A model generated the notes under the pieces. It did not search any database, had not been told where the DNA came from, and saw only the letters and a program-made list of their open reading frames with translations. From Geosiphon pyriformis uo1 (lineage: Eukaryota; Fungi; Glomeromycota), in NCBI GenBank assembly GCA_016748015.1, contig JAAOMT010000046.1, forward strand, positions 706,697-770,696: a DNA stretch of 64,000 bases. The letters run 5' to 3'. This document shows positions 13,587-27,790 of the stretch, in pieces (position 1 is the first letter of the stretch; each line of letters opens with the position of its first letter). Made by a program: the position numbers and the translations under genes.

Positions 13587-14243
13587 TTAATAAAAAGTAT
13601 AAGTTTCAACTATAATATCATCCTCTCTAAAGAGATTAAGCTTTGGTAAAATTAAGCTATTCATGGTGTAATCTATTTGAAGAGTTTTATCTAACTCAAA
13701 GCTAACTAATTTGTTGAAGTCTTTTGTGGATAAGATATATTATACTTGAGGTAAAATAAGTTCTGTATCCAAGAGACCAAATCTTTGTATTAGGGTTTTG
13801 GCTCTTCTAACAATAGTTAAAACTCTTGGGACATCTAACTATATAATGCCCAAAATTTCTGCCTGTATTTCTAAAATTGTTTTTTTTATAAGTTTCATAT
13901 TCTCTATGATTTTTTTAAGATGACCATAAAGTTCTAATTGCCTTTTATATAACAAATTTTTGTCTATGGGCAAGATTTCTTGGATTGTTTTTCCAATTGT
14001 GCTAAAAGATGAGAGTATAGCTGTTGTTATACTTTCTAACAGATATTTATCCATTTTGCTACCAATTTTTTTTCTTTTAATAGTAGTTTTCTTTGGTCTA
14101 ATAACAGTATGTATTCCACTGTTATTAATTATGATGGTTTGTTTTCCAATAGTTAAAGTAGCATTTGAATAGTTTTTGATTTAATATTCATAAAGAGTAT
14201 AGAAGACATTTTGAATGTTTTGATCCAGAAAATAATTGTTCAT
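13587..14243 (-). pseudogene. ORF3 of B1
   Basis: MDKYLLESITTAIL... (track ORF 13839-14054) colinear with B2 ORF3. Confidence 0.75.
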
Positions 14244-17200
14244 ATTAATTGAAAATACCTCTGTTTTGGGAATAATGCATTTATTTATACTTGATTTTTG
14301 CTAATCATTTGGATCAATATTATTACAACAGGCAACCAATCAGATCGTTTATGATATTTTTTGAGTCATGTATTATGAACAGAATAATTATTGAAAATTG
14401 TTTCAGATTGATCTTGAAGAATATAAGAACCATTGTTCAAAACTTTGTTGACTATAAAAAATTCTTTCTATTAGCTAGAGAATTTATCACTATAGACATT
14501 GTCTCTGTCTGAATAGTATTTTAATACAAAGTTACCAACACTTAAAGAAAGTGTTTTATAGGTTTTCTTTTTTTTAAGCTTTTTTTGGAACTGTTTTATC
14601 TTTTTAAAAGCAATTATTCATGCTTCTACTAAGAAGTCAAGAATGGTACTAAGTCTTCTTTGCAAAATGTTTTTGTAATTTTTTATTGTAATCTTTTCAA
14701 AAAGTATTGTTTCAATATCAGTTTCTATTGGTAGTATTGCTATACATCTATAGAGCAGATAAAAAAGTTTATAACTTGTTATGTTATAATTCACAATTCT
14801 ATAAACAAACAAGGCTGAAGGCAGTACTTTGTTCTATAAGTTTGTTTTTTTACTGGTTTTGGCTAAGGTTTCACATAATGTTCTATTAAAACATTTTACT
14901 AAGTTATTTGTTTAAGAGTAATAAAGAGAAGAAAGTTTATAACATATTTCCATTTTTTTACAAAGTTTTTCAACCAGTGTACTGAAAAAAGCTCTTCTTC
15001 TATTAGATAAAAGTTTTTTGGAACAGTCATAACAGCAGATGATATCTTCATAAATGAAATTGGCTATTGAGACTGCTGTTTGATTTGAAATGACTCTTGC
15101 TTCTACTCACTTTGTAAGATAGTCAGTAGCTGTAATAATACATCTGTTGTCATTAGAAGTTATTGTTAAAGGTCTAACAACATCTATATTAATTCTGTCA
15201 AATAGTTGACCAACAGAGATTGGATGAATATTTTTTTTGTGATTTGGTTTGTTTCTTCTTTGGCAAATGTCACAGGTTTTAATGTATTTAGCAATGTCTT
15301 TTTCCAAGATAGGCCAATAATAGTGAACTAAAGTTTTCTGAATTGTTTTTGTTTTTCCAAAGTGTCCAGCTAATAGGTTAGTATGTATGTTGTATATTAC
15401 AATTTCTCTTTCTTCAAATTTAATGATTCTTTGGGAATAATCAAAATCTTTTCTGTTTTTTTTATATAATTGGTTCTGGTGAATCAAATAGAAATTTGAT
15501 TGTTTGCACAAATGTTTTCTTTGCTGTCAAGTATATTCTGGTGGATATTGTTTTTTACCTAAAAATTTCATTAAGGTAGAATAATTGTTTAAGTTCATTA
15601 TTGTGTTTGTTTATAAAAGTATTACTAATAATTAAGTTGGTTTGATTGAAAGATTATATTATCACTAGATAGTAAGTCTAAAAAAAGCATCAGTGTTTTG
15701 ATGGTTTGCTCCTTTGCAGTATTGAATATTATAGTTGAATTCATCCAGATAAAGTATCCAGTAAGTTATTTGTTTGTGTTCTAGCTTTTTTTTATTATGC
15801 AGCCAAACCAAGACTTGATGATTTATTACCATTAAAAATTTTACACCAAGAAGATATTGATCTCAGTAACTAGTAGCCCAAACTACTGCTAAGCATTCTT
15901 GTTCAGTTACTGAATAGTTCTTTTCTGCTGGTATAAGAGATCTACTAGTATATGATATAGTATGTTCTTTGCTATCTTCATCTTTTTGTGAAAGAATAAT
16001 GCCAAGTCCATAGCCAGATATATTAGTGTGAAGGATAAAAGGTTGGTCCAGATCAGATTGCTTAAAAATTGGTTTAGTAACAAGTTTTTCTTTCAGAATT
16101 TCAAAAGCTTTTTGTTAATAAGTGTCCCAGTAATAATTGACATTTTTCTGAGTAGCTGATTAAAAGAAAAAGTGATTTTGGAGAAATCCTTAATAAATTT
16201 GTGATAATAAAAAGCCAAACCAAGAAAAGAGCTTAGTTTAGAAACATTCATTGATTGTTTAATGTTTTGAACTTTTTTAACTTTAGCTGGGTCAAAGAAG
16301 ATTCCATTTTTTGTAATAAGATAACCAAGAAACTGAGTGAATTGGTGTCCAAAGAAAGATTTAATTAGGTTGATCTTAAGACCAGTATTTCTGAGCAAGT
16401 CAAAAACCTTTTGTAAATGTTCAAGGTATTTATCTTAGGTTTTTGAGTATACTATTATGTTATTTAAGTAAACCAGAACAAAGTTTTTTTTTACTAATTC
16501 AAACACTTTGTCCATTAGGTGTTGAAAGGTAAAAGAAGGATTGATGAGATTAAAAAGCATGACTGTAAATTTATAAATGCCATACTTGATAATAAAAGCA
16601 GTTTTCTTTCTGCTTTTTGGATCCATTTTTACTTGCCAGAATTTAGCAGTTAAGTCAATAATTGAGAAGAAAGCAGCACTATTGAATTTATCTAGCATTG
16701 CATCAATTTTGAAGAGTGGGTATATGTCTCTTATAGTAATGGCATTTAATTGGCAGTAGTCAACACAGAAGTATAAGATTCCACTTTTCTTGAATACCAC
16801 TACAACTGAAAAAGCCCATTTATTCTTGGTTTCTTGTATGAAATCAAGATTTTTCATCTGGTTTATTTCTTTTTTGATGAACTCATTATTGTGTTAATTG
16901 GATTGATAAGGCTTTAAATGGATGGAACAAGTTTCTTTGGTGGTAATAGTGTGTTGTATTACATGAGTTCATCCAAAGGTATTACTTTTTTTTGAAATAA
17001 CTGGACTATTTCTAGCCAACAGATTTTCAATGTCCATTTTTTTTCTTTAGGAGAAGGTTCTCTTTGTTTTACAACTAGTAATTGAATTTTAGGTGGTTTA
17101 TTCTCAAAGAACTTCTGTACTTCTTTTAGTTTTTTTCTAAGTATCAAACTAATTGACTTCCAATCTTTGTAATAGATTAGATAAAATTTGTATTTGTTAT

Positions 17201-18343
17201 TAGGGAAATACAAAAGTTTATCACACCAGCACCTGGCATAAAAGCCATATCACCAATAACTGTATTTTGCTTTTTTGCCAGGTTTTTTATCAAAGATTCT
17301 TCTGAGAATATCATAGTAGAGCCAGCAAATCAGCTTGTCATTTATCATGATTTTTTCTTTGTCAGCTTTAATATTGTTTAGTGGCTTGTCATTGCTGGTA
17401 AAGATAGTATAAACAAGTTTAGTAGTTTTTTCTTGTTCTTCTTGATTTTCTTTTTCATTGTTCTCATTATCTGATTTATCTGATTGTTTTTCTTCTTGGT
17501 TTTGCTTAGATACTAAAGAGATTGTTTAATAATAGCATTTAATTACAATAGGCTTTTCATTATATCTGATGGTCAGTTCACAAAGTTTATAGTCAAGGAA
17601 GACTTTCACTTTCTTAAGCCATTTATTGCCAACAATTATTGTGTATTTTTTGGCTTCAGATACCTCCATGTCAGTTTTAATGCTAATATTATTAATACAA
17701 ACAGGAACAGCTTTGGCTATGCCCAGATTTTTCTTCTTGTTACCATGTACATTAGTTATTGGTTGAATAGAAGACTCATTAATCTTTCTGCCAATTGCTT
17801 TAAAAAAGTGTTTGGCAATTACATTAACAGATAATCTATTGTCTAAGATCAGATCAATAAAGTAACCAGCCACTTGGGCTTTACAAATCAGAAGAGTAAC
17901 ATTGCTGTTATCAGTAAGTCCAGCTTGGCAAGAGCATTTGTTGGTTTTTGGTGTTTTCTTTTTTTGTATCAATAATTTGTGAAGATCTTTTTTGAACTGT
18001 GAATGGGTTATTAGTTGGCCAAATGTAATATGTGCTGGGGTTTCTATAAGATCTTTAACAACAGAATAAGGGCCAGATTTTTGTACTATTTTTGGGGGTT
18101 CCAACTTTAGAAGATTTTTAAAAACTTTAGCCTTTGGTGGCTTATTGTTATCAACAGTTAAAGTTGAGGCTTTGTTGAGATCTAGAACAAAATCAATTTT
18201 GGTTTTTTTCTTTTTTCTTGTTGAATCAAAAGTGTTAATTGTCAATTCATCTATATCATGGTTATTATTAGTTAGGTTAAAGGTGTAAAAAGGGTTTTTT
18301 TCTGGTTGGCTTGCACTCTCATCTTTTGGAGGTGTGCTTACCA

Positions 18344-18350
18344 GTTTAAA
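18344..18350 (-). promoter_or_regulatory. -1 ribosomal frameshift heptamer TTTAAAC (B1 gag-pol)
   Basis: T TTA AAC in the gag frame just before TGG TAA; the -1 frame reads FKLVSTPPKDESASQPE into pol. Confidence 0.75.
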
Positions 18351-19905
18351 GGCTGATAAACAGTAGCTTCAACTAGAGAATTCTCTCCAAAGAAATTGAT
18401 GTTGGCATGATTGGGTCTTTGATTGGGAATATTGTTGTTGATAGTTTTTTTGTTTTGATTATTATTGTTTCTAAGAGCTGAAGATGGCAAAAAAAGATTG
18501 TTGCAATCTCTTAAAAAATGCTCAGTTAATTCACAGCAATAGTACACAAATGGGTCATAATTTCGCTATCTTTGGTAAGGAAACTGTTAAGGCTAATTAA
18601 AACATAGTTCAAATCTAGATCTTTGTGATTGCTGGTTGTTTCTGACTGCTTGGGCTAATGGTTCTAATAGCTGAGTAAGATTTGCTGTAAGTCTATCTAT
18701 CAACTGTTCATTTGGGTCTTGAGTTTAGATGGCAAAAAAGATAGTAGTCATTTGTGAAGCAGAAACCATAACAGAAACAGGAGCAAAAACTAGAAAGATA
18801 AATCTCAGATGCATTCTTTGGTTATCTTCTATTCTCTGAGCAAGTTCAATAGCCATATTTATTGTTGGATTATCTTTTAAAACCAGAAGGGGCCAAAGAG
18901 CATATGACAGATCTGTTCTCAATCCTTTTGTAAAAGAATAAATTTTTTGCTTTTCTGTCTAGTTTTTTTCAGAGTTTACTTTTTTAATTAACTTTCTAAT
19001 AGCTTTGGCATATTCAGTTACCACTTTACTGGAACCTTGGGTTTTTTTTTTAGTTCCATATATTATTTAGAGATTAGAATAAGAGTTCTAAATTTAGTTT
19101 CAAACTGGGTTGTAAAAGAGGTGTTTTCTTCTTCAGTATTTGTTAGTGCCCATCTAATGATTTTTTGATAAGCATTGGCATTAGTTTCTTGTAAGAACCA
19201 AGTAACAAAAGAGCCTTGGAGGTAGCCACCAACAATTTAAAACTTATATTTATTATCATATTGATTGGCTGTAGCAGCTCTTTTAAAGTCATCTAACTAT
19301 TTAATTGGATTTTGTATATCACCTCTGAATAAAGATAGTAAGATATTATTTCTTTGCCCTAAAGCAGTTTGTATGTCTTGGAGGGCAATCAGAATATTTT
19401 GTTACATGGGGTTATTAGTCATTGGTTTAGGAGTAGCTGTTTGTGTAGAATGTTCTGATTCACTTAAGAAATGGTCAAAAACAGAAGCAGTTTGATAGCT
19501 TTTTTTTTTGTTTCAAAAAGTGTTTTAGTTAGCTGATGAGCAGCAATTCAAATGTGAATTTGATAATTCAGGTATTCAGAGTTAAGAGACTGTTGTTTAA
19601 AGGTTGTGAAGTATAAAAGCTGATTGATGCTGTTATTTTTTTCTTCAAAGTTGTCTTCAAAATAAGCTTGGTCAAAGTAATAAATTGTATAGACTGTGCA
19701 GGTTTTAGCTGAATGCTTGTTCAAGAACCAGTTTCAAAAGTTTTGGAATTGTCTACTGAATTGTTTTTTAATAGGGAAGCAAATCAAGCAAAAGAGCAAA
19801 AGATTGAGTTCAATAAAGTCTTAATTGTTTTTGTTGTATTTTTCTGATTGTTATGGCAAGTATGAATAATTATCCATATAATAGAAAACAAAGTGAATTT
19901 TGACA

Positions 19906-19923
19906 ATCTCACAGAAAGCACCA
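19906..19923 (-). promoter_or_regulatory. Primer binding site of B1
   Basis: TGGTGCTTTCTGTGAGAT, 6 nt from the 5' LTR. Confidence 0.8.
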
Positions 19924-21423
19924 CTTTTATGTTATGAGTTGGAGTAACAAGTTAATGGATAGCAAAAAAGAACAGGATTGTAAAATGATGAAAGAAATCA
20001 AAAAGAATTTAACTTCAAAGAGTGAATTGAATGAATATGGATTCAATATATGAGATCAGTCTCATAAAATATCTCAGTTGCTATACTTTTCAAAAGATAA
20101 TCAGAGAATTTGAAGATAAAAAAATAGTTTATACTGTCAACAAATGATCACATACTGGTATAATTCTATGTTTTATATCAGCATTCTTAAAATTCAATAT
20201 TAGGTATTAAATGTATTCTTCAGTCATGTTTTATTCAATAATCCTCAAATGCTGTAATTACACATTTCAGAAAAAAAGGATAAAAAATAACCAACAAGTA
20301 ATCTTTTATTTTAAAATGTTCAGATACTTGAAGGTAAGAAAAGAGAAATTAGCAATAAGAGAAAAATTGAGATGAAAGTTGTTATTTTATTTTTATTTTT
20401 TTTTGATTCTTATATGCTTTTCTACAGCTAAGAAATTCATCACTTATATAACTATTAAAAAAGGTTAATAATCAGGTCAATAGTTAGATTATTAATCAAA
20501 TTAATAATTACTTTCTAAAAATAAAGTAGCTAATTATATAATATTAATGGCTAATATATGTGATAATTAATAAGAAATATAGGTTTCAACTATAACACTA
20601 TATTGTTCTCTAAGTGTTAATGTTGATTGTTTTTCTTTGTTGTTAAAACCAGTAAGTGACAAAATGGCTGTTTTTTCTGTAGAAGTGGTTGTTAACTCTG
20701 TTAGAGGGTTTGCTAGTAATAGTGCTCAAAAAAACATGCTTTTGCTGGATTTGCTGGCTGCTGAGGTAAGATTCCTAAATAACAATTTATATTCTCTTAG
20801 GAATTTTATTCAAAAATTATTATTATGGTTCCAAAAGTACAGAATTCTAGAAGTTCTTGGAGTTTTTGTTTGTACCTTCATGGATTAATTAAATAGAATT
20901 CTATTTTTTAGTGTCTGATAATATAATAGAGTAATTGGTAAGAGAAATCTTAATTTTTTGTTGACTATAGACTGCATTTATTTTTCTGCTATCATTGTAT
21001 TATTAGATTTAAATTCAGATTCTATGGAGTTAGGTTTTGCTGTTTGTTTTCCTCTCAATTAAGAATACTGTTTTGTTGTGTATTTTTTGATTTCTTTGTC
21101 AATTATATAAAAAGTCTTAACTATGACTCAGGTAATAATTTTTGTTGAGTATATTAATAACTTTTAATGAATTTATTATTTGAGTTTTTTTGTATTTGTT
21201 GTTTAGTCTAATAAACAGTCAATTTTGTCATGTACATATTGACAAAAGTCACTTTCTGCAATAATAATTTTTGATAATACTCCTAAGTTTTCTTTAAAGT
21301 ATTAAAATAAGATTTTTCTATATGGTAAATAATTTTTTTCTATGGTTTTAATAATTGTTACTTTTACAAATTTCTGAAGTGTTCTGTCTCTGTGGATTTT
21401 ATAATCTCACAAAAAGTATTAAA

Positions 21424-22445
21424 TATTATGAGTAAACTAAGTAATATATAATAATAATGTTTAGTGCTCAAAATTTAGGTTTTTAAAAGGTTTTTGAAAA
21501 TTTTTTTTTAGTAAGCTTGTTTAGTATGTTAGTATTATCAGTTTCTGAAAATTTTTTTATTGATATGAATTTACCTATGAAGTTTTTTAGTTATAAGACA
21601 TAGAGTAATGGTTTTGCAGTATTATAACTTTATATATGTAAGTTATTTTCTCCAAGCTAATCAAGCACAATTACTAGGATCTAGTAGTATCTTTTTATTC
21701 TTCTAATAAGCTAATAAAATAATGTTAATATTTAATTCTAAGAGAAGCTTTTTTTTTTTTACCAGACTATCATAAAGTCTATTCTCAGACAGTCAATTTT
21801 TTTATATTGCCACTTTACAAAAAAAATAAAAATAAAAAAAATAAAAATAAAAAAAATAAAAATAAAAGAAAAAAAATTAGTATTGTTAATTATTATAATC
21901 AAAAACAATTGGTTCAAGTCATAATGGTTTGAAACAGTTTTATGCTAAGAACATCTGACCAAAAACAAAAGTAAGAACAAAATTAATTCAGTTAAGATAT
22001 ATAAATATAAGAATTATATAGATGTAAATTTTGGTTTTCTTAATATTTTCTTTATTTTAGTAATATAAAATATAGGATGTAACAAAAAATATATAGCAAA
22101 TATAGATAGAAAAAAGTTAATTTTTGTCTATCTGCCTCTTTTCTATCTTTTACATCTACTTTTTTTTATATATATTTTTTAGTTCTGCAAAATTGCTTTT
22201 GATTATTTTGTTATTGCTAATTATTGTATGCTATTTTTTTTGCTTTGTTTTTCTATATTATTATTAGTTATTCTAAGTTTGACTAGTTTTTTTGTGCTAT
22301 ATTGTATTTTTGTATTTTATATTGTATTATTCTGAGTTATTATGCATTATTTTGTGTTCTTTTGTATTATCTTGTGTTATTTTATATTATTATGTTTTAA
22401 TTATGTTTCTTTATAACTTGGATTGGTTTTTCTACTTAGATAACA
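21424..22445 (-). repeat. Family A LTR (5' LTR of A2)
   Basis: Reverse complement of TGTTATCTAAGTAG...TTTACTCATAATA, followed by an eroded PBS TAATACTTTTTGTGAGAT. Confidence 0.85.
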
Positions 22446-22449
22446 CCAA

Positions 22450-24400
22450 ATAAACCATAAGCTTATTGATCTTTAAACTAAAAACACTACTAAAGATAAG
22501 ATTACTCTTAATAAAATATTCAAATACAGTAACCAATGTACCAACAGATTTAATAATTAATTCAACCAAAGCTAACAACTTAACCAAATCAGATTTCAAA
22601 AACACTAGCCAAAAAAAAACAGAGAATTACTAACAACCACAGAAGAAAAAACAGAAGTTGTCAAAGAAAAAAACTCAGAAAAATTTGAATAAGCAGAAGC
22701 TCTAGCATAAAAAACATTATTCACAAAACATAATTTGAATATTTTGGAAGTTATGGAAGGGAAAGGTAAAAAACTGTACAGCTTGCAGTCAGATAGCTCA
22801 TTACTTAACATCTAAAGCAGTGCCAACAACCAGAGGTTTCTCATTAAATATAGTATTTTTTTAATATATCAGTCTTAATAACTGCAGAGTTCAAATCAAT
22901 CTAAAAGCCAAATATAACCAAAGCAAACTGGAAACAATAACTAGAATTAAATGAACAAAGAATAAAACAAGTCTAATCACTAACTTAAAAAATCATATTA
23001 CTAATCTCAAAAGAAGTACAGCTAGAAAGAAGATTAACCAACTTGGTCTTAAATCTATTATGAAACAGAATGGTCTTTTTTTAATTTATAAGAGAAAAAA
23101 TCCAAACACTATTTTTGCCTACCAACACTAACCAATAATTAAAAACAGATATAGCAGTATTTAATTCATTAAAAGTTTTTTTTTAATTTATGAGAAAAAA
23201 AATCCAAACACTATCTTTGTTTACCAATACTAACCAATAATTAAAAACAGATATAACAGCATCTAATTTATTAAAGTAAACAATTATATATTGCCAAACA
23301 CCAGCAAACTTTAGTACAAAATTAGAAACTTCACCAAAAACATCAAAAGCTGACTTAATATTGGCAGCAGACATATCCAAAGACACATTACACAGTGCAA
23401 CAGCAGCAAAAAAGGAATCAAATTCAGAAATCACCAAAAACTTGACAATCTTAAAAGTGGCAAAACAGACAGAACTTGTAAACTTAACCAGAAATACAGC
23501 ATCCAAAGAACTTTAAGAAATAAACTCCATACAAAAAAGCTTTACATTGTTTTTTAACATTGACTTTGCATCCAAAAAACTATGTTTAGACTGAAAAACA
23601 GTCCTAACATAAGCGAATTTGATCTTGAAAGTATTACCAAATATTAGAGTAAAGACCACCTATTTAGTAAATCTTTAATAATTAGTAATAGTTTCCCAAG
23701 CAACACTAGTGACATTACTAAAAACCAGAGAAAATAATTCAGTTTCTATTTGATCAGCCCAGTTTTCAAGAACAGATGACTCAATAAAAAATGGTTGTTT
23801 TGTTTTTAAAACTGACAAAAATTTGCTGAAAGGCATTATATTTGGCAAGACAGCCAGTAGTTGATCTTGGCCCATTTTGGATAACATGTCAGATGATGCA
23901 GTGAAAATTTTACTTAAGATTTCAGTTGGAGTCACAAAGAGGTTTAGTGTAACAATATTAAAGACAAACAACTGCTTTCACTTTTTTAAAACTTTGGTTT
24001 TTTTGACCATTTTGTTTAAAGAGGTGATACTAGTAATACCAGATATAGAAGCTATAACAAAAAAGACTAGATTGTTAACAAATCTGTTATTAAAAATCTT
24101 TGGGCTCTTAAAAGAAGTAGAGACAACACTATAATTAATCTAATGTGTCTCTTTGAAAAAACTTTGATCAGTAAAAAACCAGCCAAAGATAAAAAAGATG
24201 CTTTAGTAGTCATTAAAAGCAGTTTATCACTATTAATAACTAAGAAAAATATAGCCAAAACATTATGTTTAACTGTTTCAATAATAGAAAAATCTTTTCA
24301 CATTGAAACTTTATTAGTTACTATAGGAAAAGTAACAGCTGTAGTCTTTTTACTTTTTGCTTTAGTTGTAATCATAATATTTATATTATATTTTTTTTTA
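22450..24400 (-). mobile_element. Decayed non-LTR (LINE) ORF1 region
   Basis: RRM-like segment NIKSAFDVFGEVSNFVLKFAGVWQYIIVYF...WLVLVNKDSV (23183-23506); related sequence in the opposite orientation at about 32700-33700. Confidence 0.6.
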
Positions 24401-24499
24401 ATTATTTTTTACTAAAAATATCTTTTTTAGTATTTATATAAATTATTTTAATAAAAACTACATTAAAAACAACAAAAATTATAAAATATTTCTTATGTA

Positions 24500-24930
24500 A
24501 AATTTTTTAAAGCCCAATTAATGTTTTAAAATTGATTAACTATTAATTTTAGTAATTTGTTAGTAATTTTAGACCTAAATAAAAGACAATTTTCCTAAAT
24601 GAATTTTTTTTTTTACATTTTTTATTATTATAATTATTAGAATAGCTTATAAACAAGATTTCTGTAAAAAAGTTGATTTTTACAACAAAATAATTATATA
24701 TTTTTAATAAGCTTCTAAATAAACATTTTTTGGAAAAAAGTTAACTTTTACTGTAAAATAACTATATAAATAACTGACATAAAATTGGCCATTTTACATA
24801 TAAGTTTAGCAGTTCAAATTATAAAAGATAATTTGAAGATAAATTCAGTTATTGAAAGTTTATTAGCTTTTAATAATTGGGAATTAACAGCAAAACAACA
24901 ATAATAACAATATTTAGAAAAAAAAACCAA
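24500..24930. repeat. Partial copy of the family C LTR
   Basis: Colinear with 11880-12335 (e.g. GCAGTTCAAATTATA...GATAATTTGAAGATAAATTCAGTTATTGAA). Confidence 0.75.
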
Positions 24931-24939
24931 TATTTTTTA

Positions 24940-27480
24940 TCTTAACCAAAAAGCTTACTTCTAATTTAACAATGTTTATAAAAAATGGAGAAATTTTTAC
25001 TGTTATAGTTTTGCTATTAGTAGCTGTATTTAAACTTTCACTTATTCCTATATTTATTTTTTAATTTTGTAATAAAAAAATTATTAATAGCTAATATTTA
25101 GAGCATAACTAGAAAACTATTAATTCAAATATATTTAATCTTTTTGCTAACTTATCAATTTTTTCTGTAAAACTAGTAAGACTGCATTTAAGAACTGTAA
25201 ACTTATTATTAATGTTCAATATAATCAGTAAAAATAATTTCATTTTTAAAGTAAAACTAATTTTTGATAAACTATTCTGTTTAAAAAAATAAAAAGCTAC
25301 TAATAACTTTTATCCAAAAAATATTACCAAAAGATACCAAATAAACAATAAGAACTGAATATTTAATATAAATAACTGCCAGCCTGCTTTTATTTGTCTT
25401 CAAAAAAATTTTTTAAAAAAAACTGCTTATAGAAACTTTTACATTAGCTGAGCATCCAATTGATGTATAATTTAATTCTCTATATCTAATGTATTTGGCC
25501 ATGTCTAAGTAAGACCAATACAAATTAACACTCTTTAATACAAACATAGTTTTTATAATAGCATTCAATAAAGTGCTAAAATTAAAACATATTATAGCAT
25601 ATTTGACTTAAACATATGTAATTAGATAATAATTAATAATACATGCTTTTTTACTAATTAATTTAATAAAGTTTTAGATATTATGAGTATTAGTTTTTAT
25701 TGGCAATATATAAAACAGTGCTCTATTATTATTTTTTACATTCCAAGATTTTTTGTTCAAATTTGCTTTAATAATACACATAGTATCTTTTTTATTAAGA
25801 TAGATTATTTTGTTACAACCAAATTAGCTTAATCAAATTGTCCAAATTCTATTATAGTCTTCTGTTACATCTCTACTAATTGTATCTTGATCAACTTAAT
25901 TATATGAAATTCGAAAAGTAGAGCATGTACAGCCTTTATAAATATTTTAATTGGTATTTTTTTAATAACTACAGTCCAATTTAAGCACTTAGCAGATTTT
26001 TTAAGATTAATATTTACCAAAATTTTTATATTTCTAGTCTTATTTGTTATTAATAATAAGTTTAATTTAGAAGTAAATGTTATTTTAATAATCTTAACAA
26101 AATTTAAAAAAGTAAACATCTTTTCAAAATTATTGATTTTTGAAAATAAATTTTTAATTATTTTGAGTTTTTTTTAAAGCAATTTTATTTCAACCATTTC
26201 TAAATTTAAATTCAAACAAATAACTTTTTAATAGGAATCTGAATTAAATACTTGAAAAAAAAAGACAAAACAATTAAATTATTTATATTATTTATTTTTT
26301 TTATGTTAAAAAAATTTATTTTGTTTAAAAACTTGTCTATTATTAACTTAGTAATTATTTTCTTGTTCTTAAAAATTATGTTAATATTTTTTTATTAGTT
26401 TCATCTTTATTATTATAGTTCATATTGGGTTTTTTTACAATATACTTTTTTTTTATAATTATATTCTTTAACTTAGTAGTATTACTTATTTCCAATCTTT
26501 CACTTTTATCATTTATAAAAATTTTTCAAAAAACAGTAGATTTAGAGCTGTTATTATTATTAGCCAAAACATTATTTCTATATTTTTTCTTGACAATATA
26601 CTACTTTTTTTCAGATTAATACCAACATTTTTAACTGTATTTTTTATAATCACAATACTACTGTTATTGGCAATTTTATTGTCAAACACAAATAATTTAG
26701 AAGTATTAAACTAAATAATTAAAGTAAATAACAAATAAAAAATAAAAATAAAAAATAAAAAAACTTTTCTTTAAAATATTGTTCTTTTAGAAATTTTGAA
26801 ATAATGAAAAAAAAAAGTTGAAGTTAAGTTTTTTAATAATTAATAATTATTTTTAAGTATTATTAAAAACAATATTATTAATAAACAAAAAAAATTCAAT
26901 TTTTATTTAATTAGCTTAATTTTTAAAATTAGATGATTTAATAAAATAAATAATTAAAAACATATATAAAAACATAACTTATTTTGCTTTTAAAATCAGT
27001 AAAAATTAACCAAAAACTAATATATTAAATAATATAGCCAAAAACTAATTTAAATTAAAATTAACACCAAAAATACCAAAAAAAATTTTTACCATTTTAA
27101 AAAAGTTGTTATTAAATATAACAAAATTTAAAAAAATTGGGTTTTAATTATTTTGGTTTTTTTAACTATTTAAATAACAATAAAATAAAAAACAATAAAA
27201 AAAAATTTTTATTATTAACTTTTTATTAAATATTTTAAAATTTTTAGCCAAACCAAAAATTACATTAAAATTATCTTAAATAAGTTTTTAAAAAAAGTGT
27301 TTTTAATTAACAAAAAACTAATTAACTATTATTTTATTTAAGAAAAATATATTAAGCAGTTTTTATAATTATAAATGCTTTATTAATAAAAATATTATTA
27401 ATTGCTTTAAAAAATAAAAAAATTACAATTTTTTTACTTTTTGTTTTAATTGTAATTATAAAAACATAAGAGAAAATAAT
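24940..27480 (-). mobile_element. Strongly eroded LINE 5' region/ORF1 (second subfamily)
   Basis: VVIKKIPIKIFIKAVHALLFEFHIIKLIKIQLV RRM-like segment (25865-26119), with ALFYILP and further ORF1-like remnants downstream. Confidence 0.55.
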
Positions 27481-27579
27481 TATTAATATTTTTTATAAAA
27501 TTAAATTATAATAATAATTCTGTAGAATAAAATTCTTTCTATAAGTATTGTTAATTTGTTTTTTGTTTTGTTTAGTAAT

Positions 27580-27790
27580 GTAATTAAGCTATTTGGAATT
27601 GTTAAAGTCTTTGGTATTAGTTTTAACATACATAAATTATGTTTGTTTTGTTCAAATATTAAAGACATAGTTTTTATATATTAATATATATATAATATTA
27701 TTTTGACTAATTTAAATAGTAGGTTATATATAATTAAACATATAATTTACACCTAATTTAGATTACTTAATTTAATGTATTGTACTAGGC
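27580..27790 (+). mobile_element. LINE 3'-end fragment
   Basis: VIKLFGIVKV...HKLCLF plus a 3' UTR resembling 32450-32650 and the reverse complement of 33800-33980. Confidence 0.5.

Larger units (their letters stand above)
10954..20597 (-). mobile_element. Full-length Gypsy copy B1 (gag-pol-ORF3), decayed, TSD CTAT
   Basis: LTRs at 10954-13617 (interrupted) and 19930-20597; CTAT on both flanks; gag with Zn knuckle (18547-18500), protease 17526-18245, RT 16093-16857, RNase H, integrase 14300-15600; colinear with B2. Confidence 0.93.
3264..22445 (-). mobile_element. Gypsy copy A2, heavily decayed; host of solo LTR D and element B1; its 3' end is cut by A1
   Basis: Minus-strand order: 5' LTR 21424-22445, eroded PBS 21404-21421, gag (21400-20598 and 10953-9900), protease (about 9500, ILNSRSASSII), Cys-rich region, dUTPase, RT/RNase H (7290-5150), integrase (5120-3760), ORF3 (3675-3264). 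Confidence 0.85.

Noticed and set aside
14300-19500. Alternative genetic code explaining the in-frame stops
   Set aside because: Stops fall at different codons in sibling copies, derive from CAA/CAG/CGA/TGG and come with frameshifts; the host gene uses the standard code.
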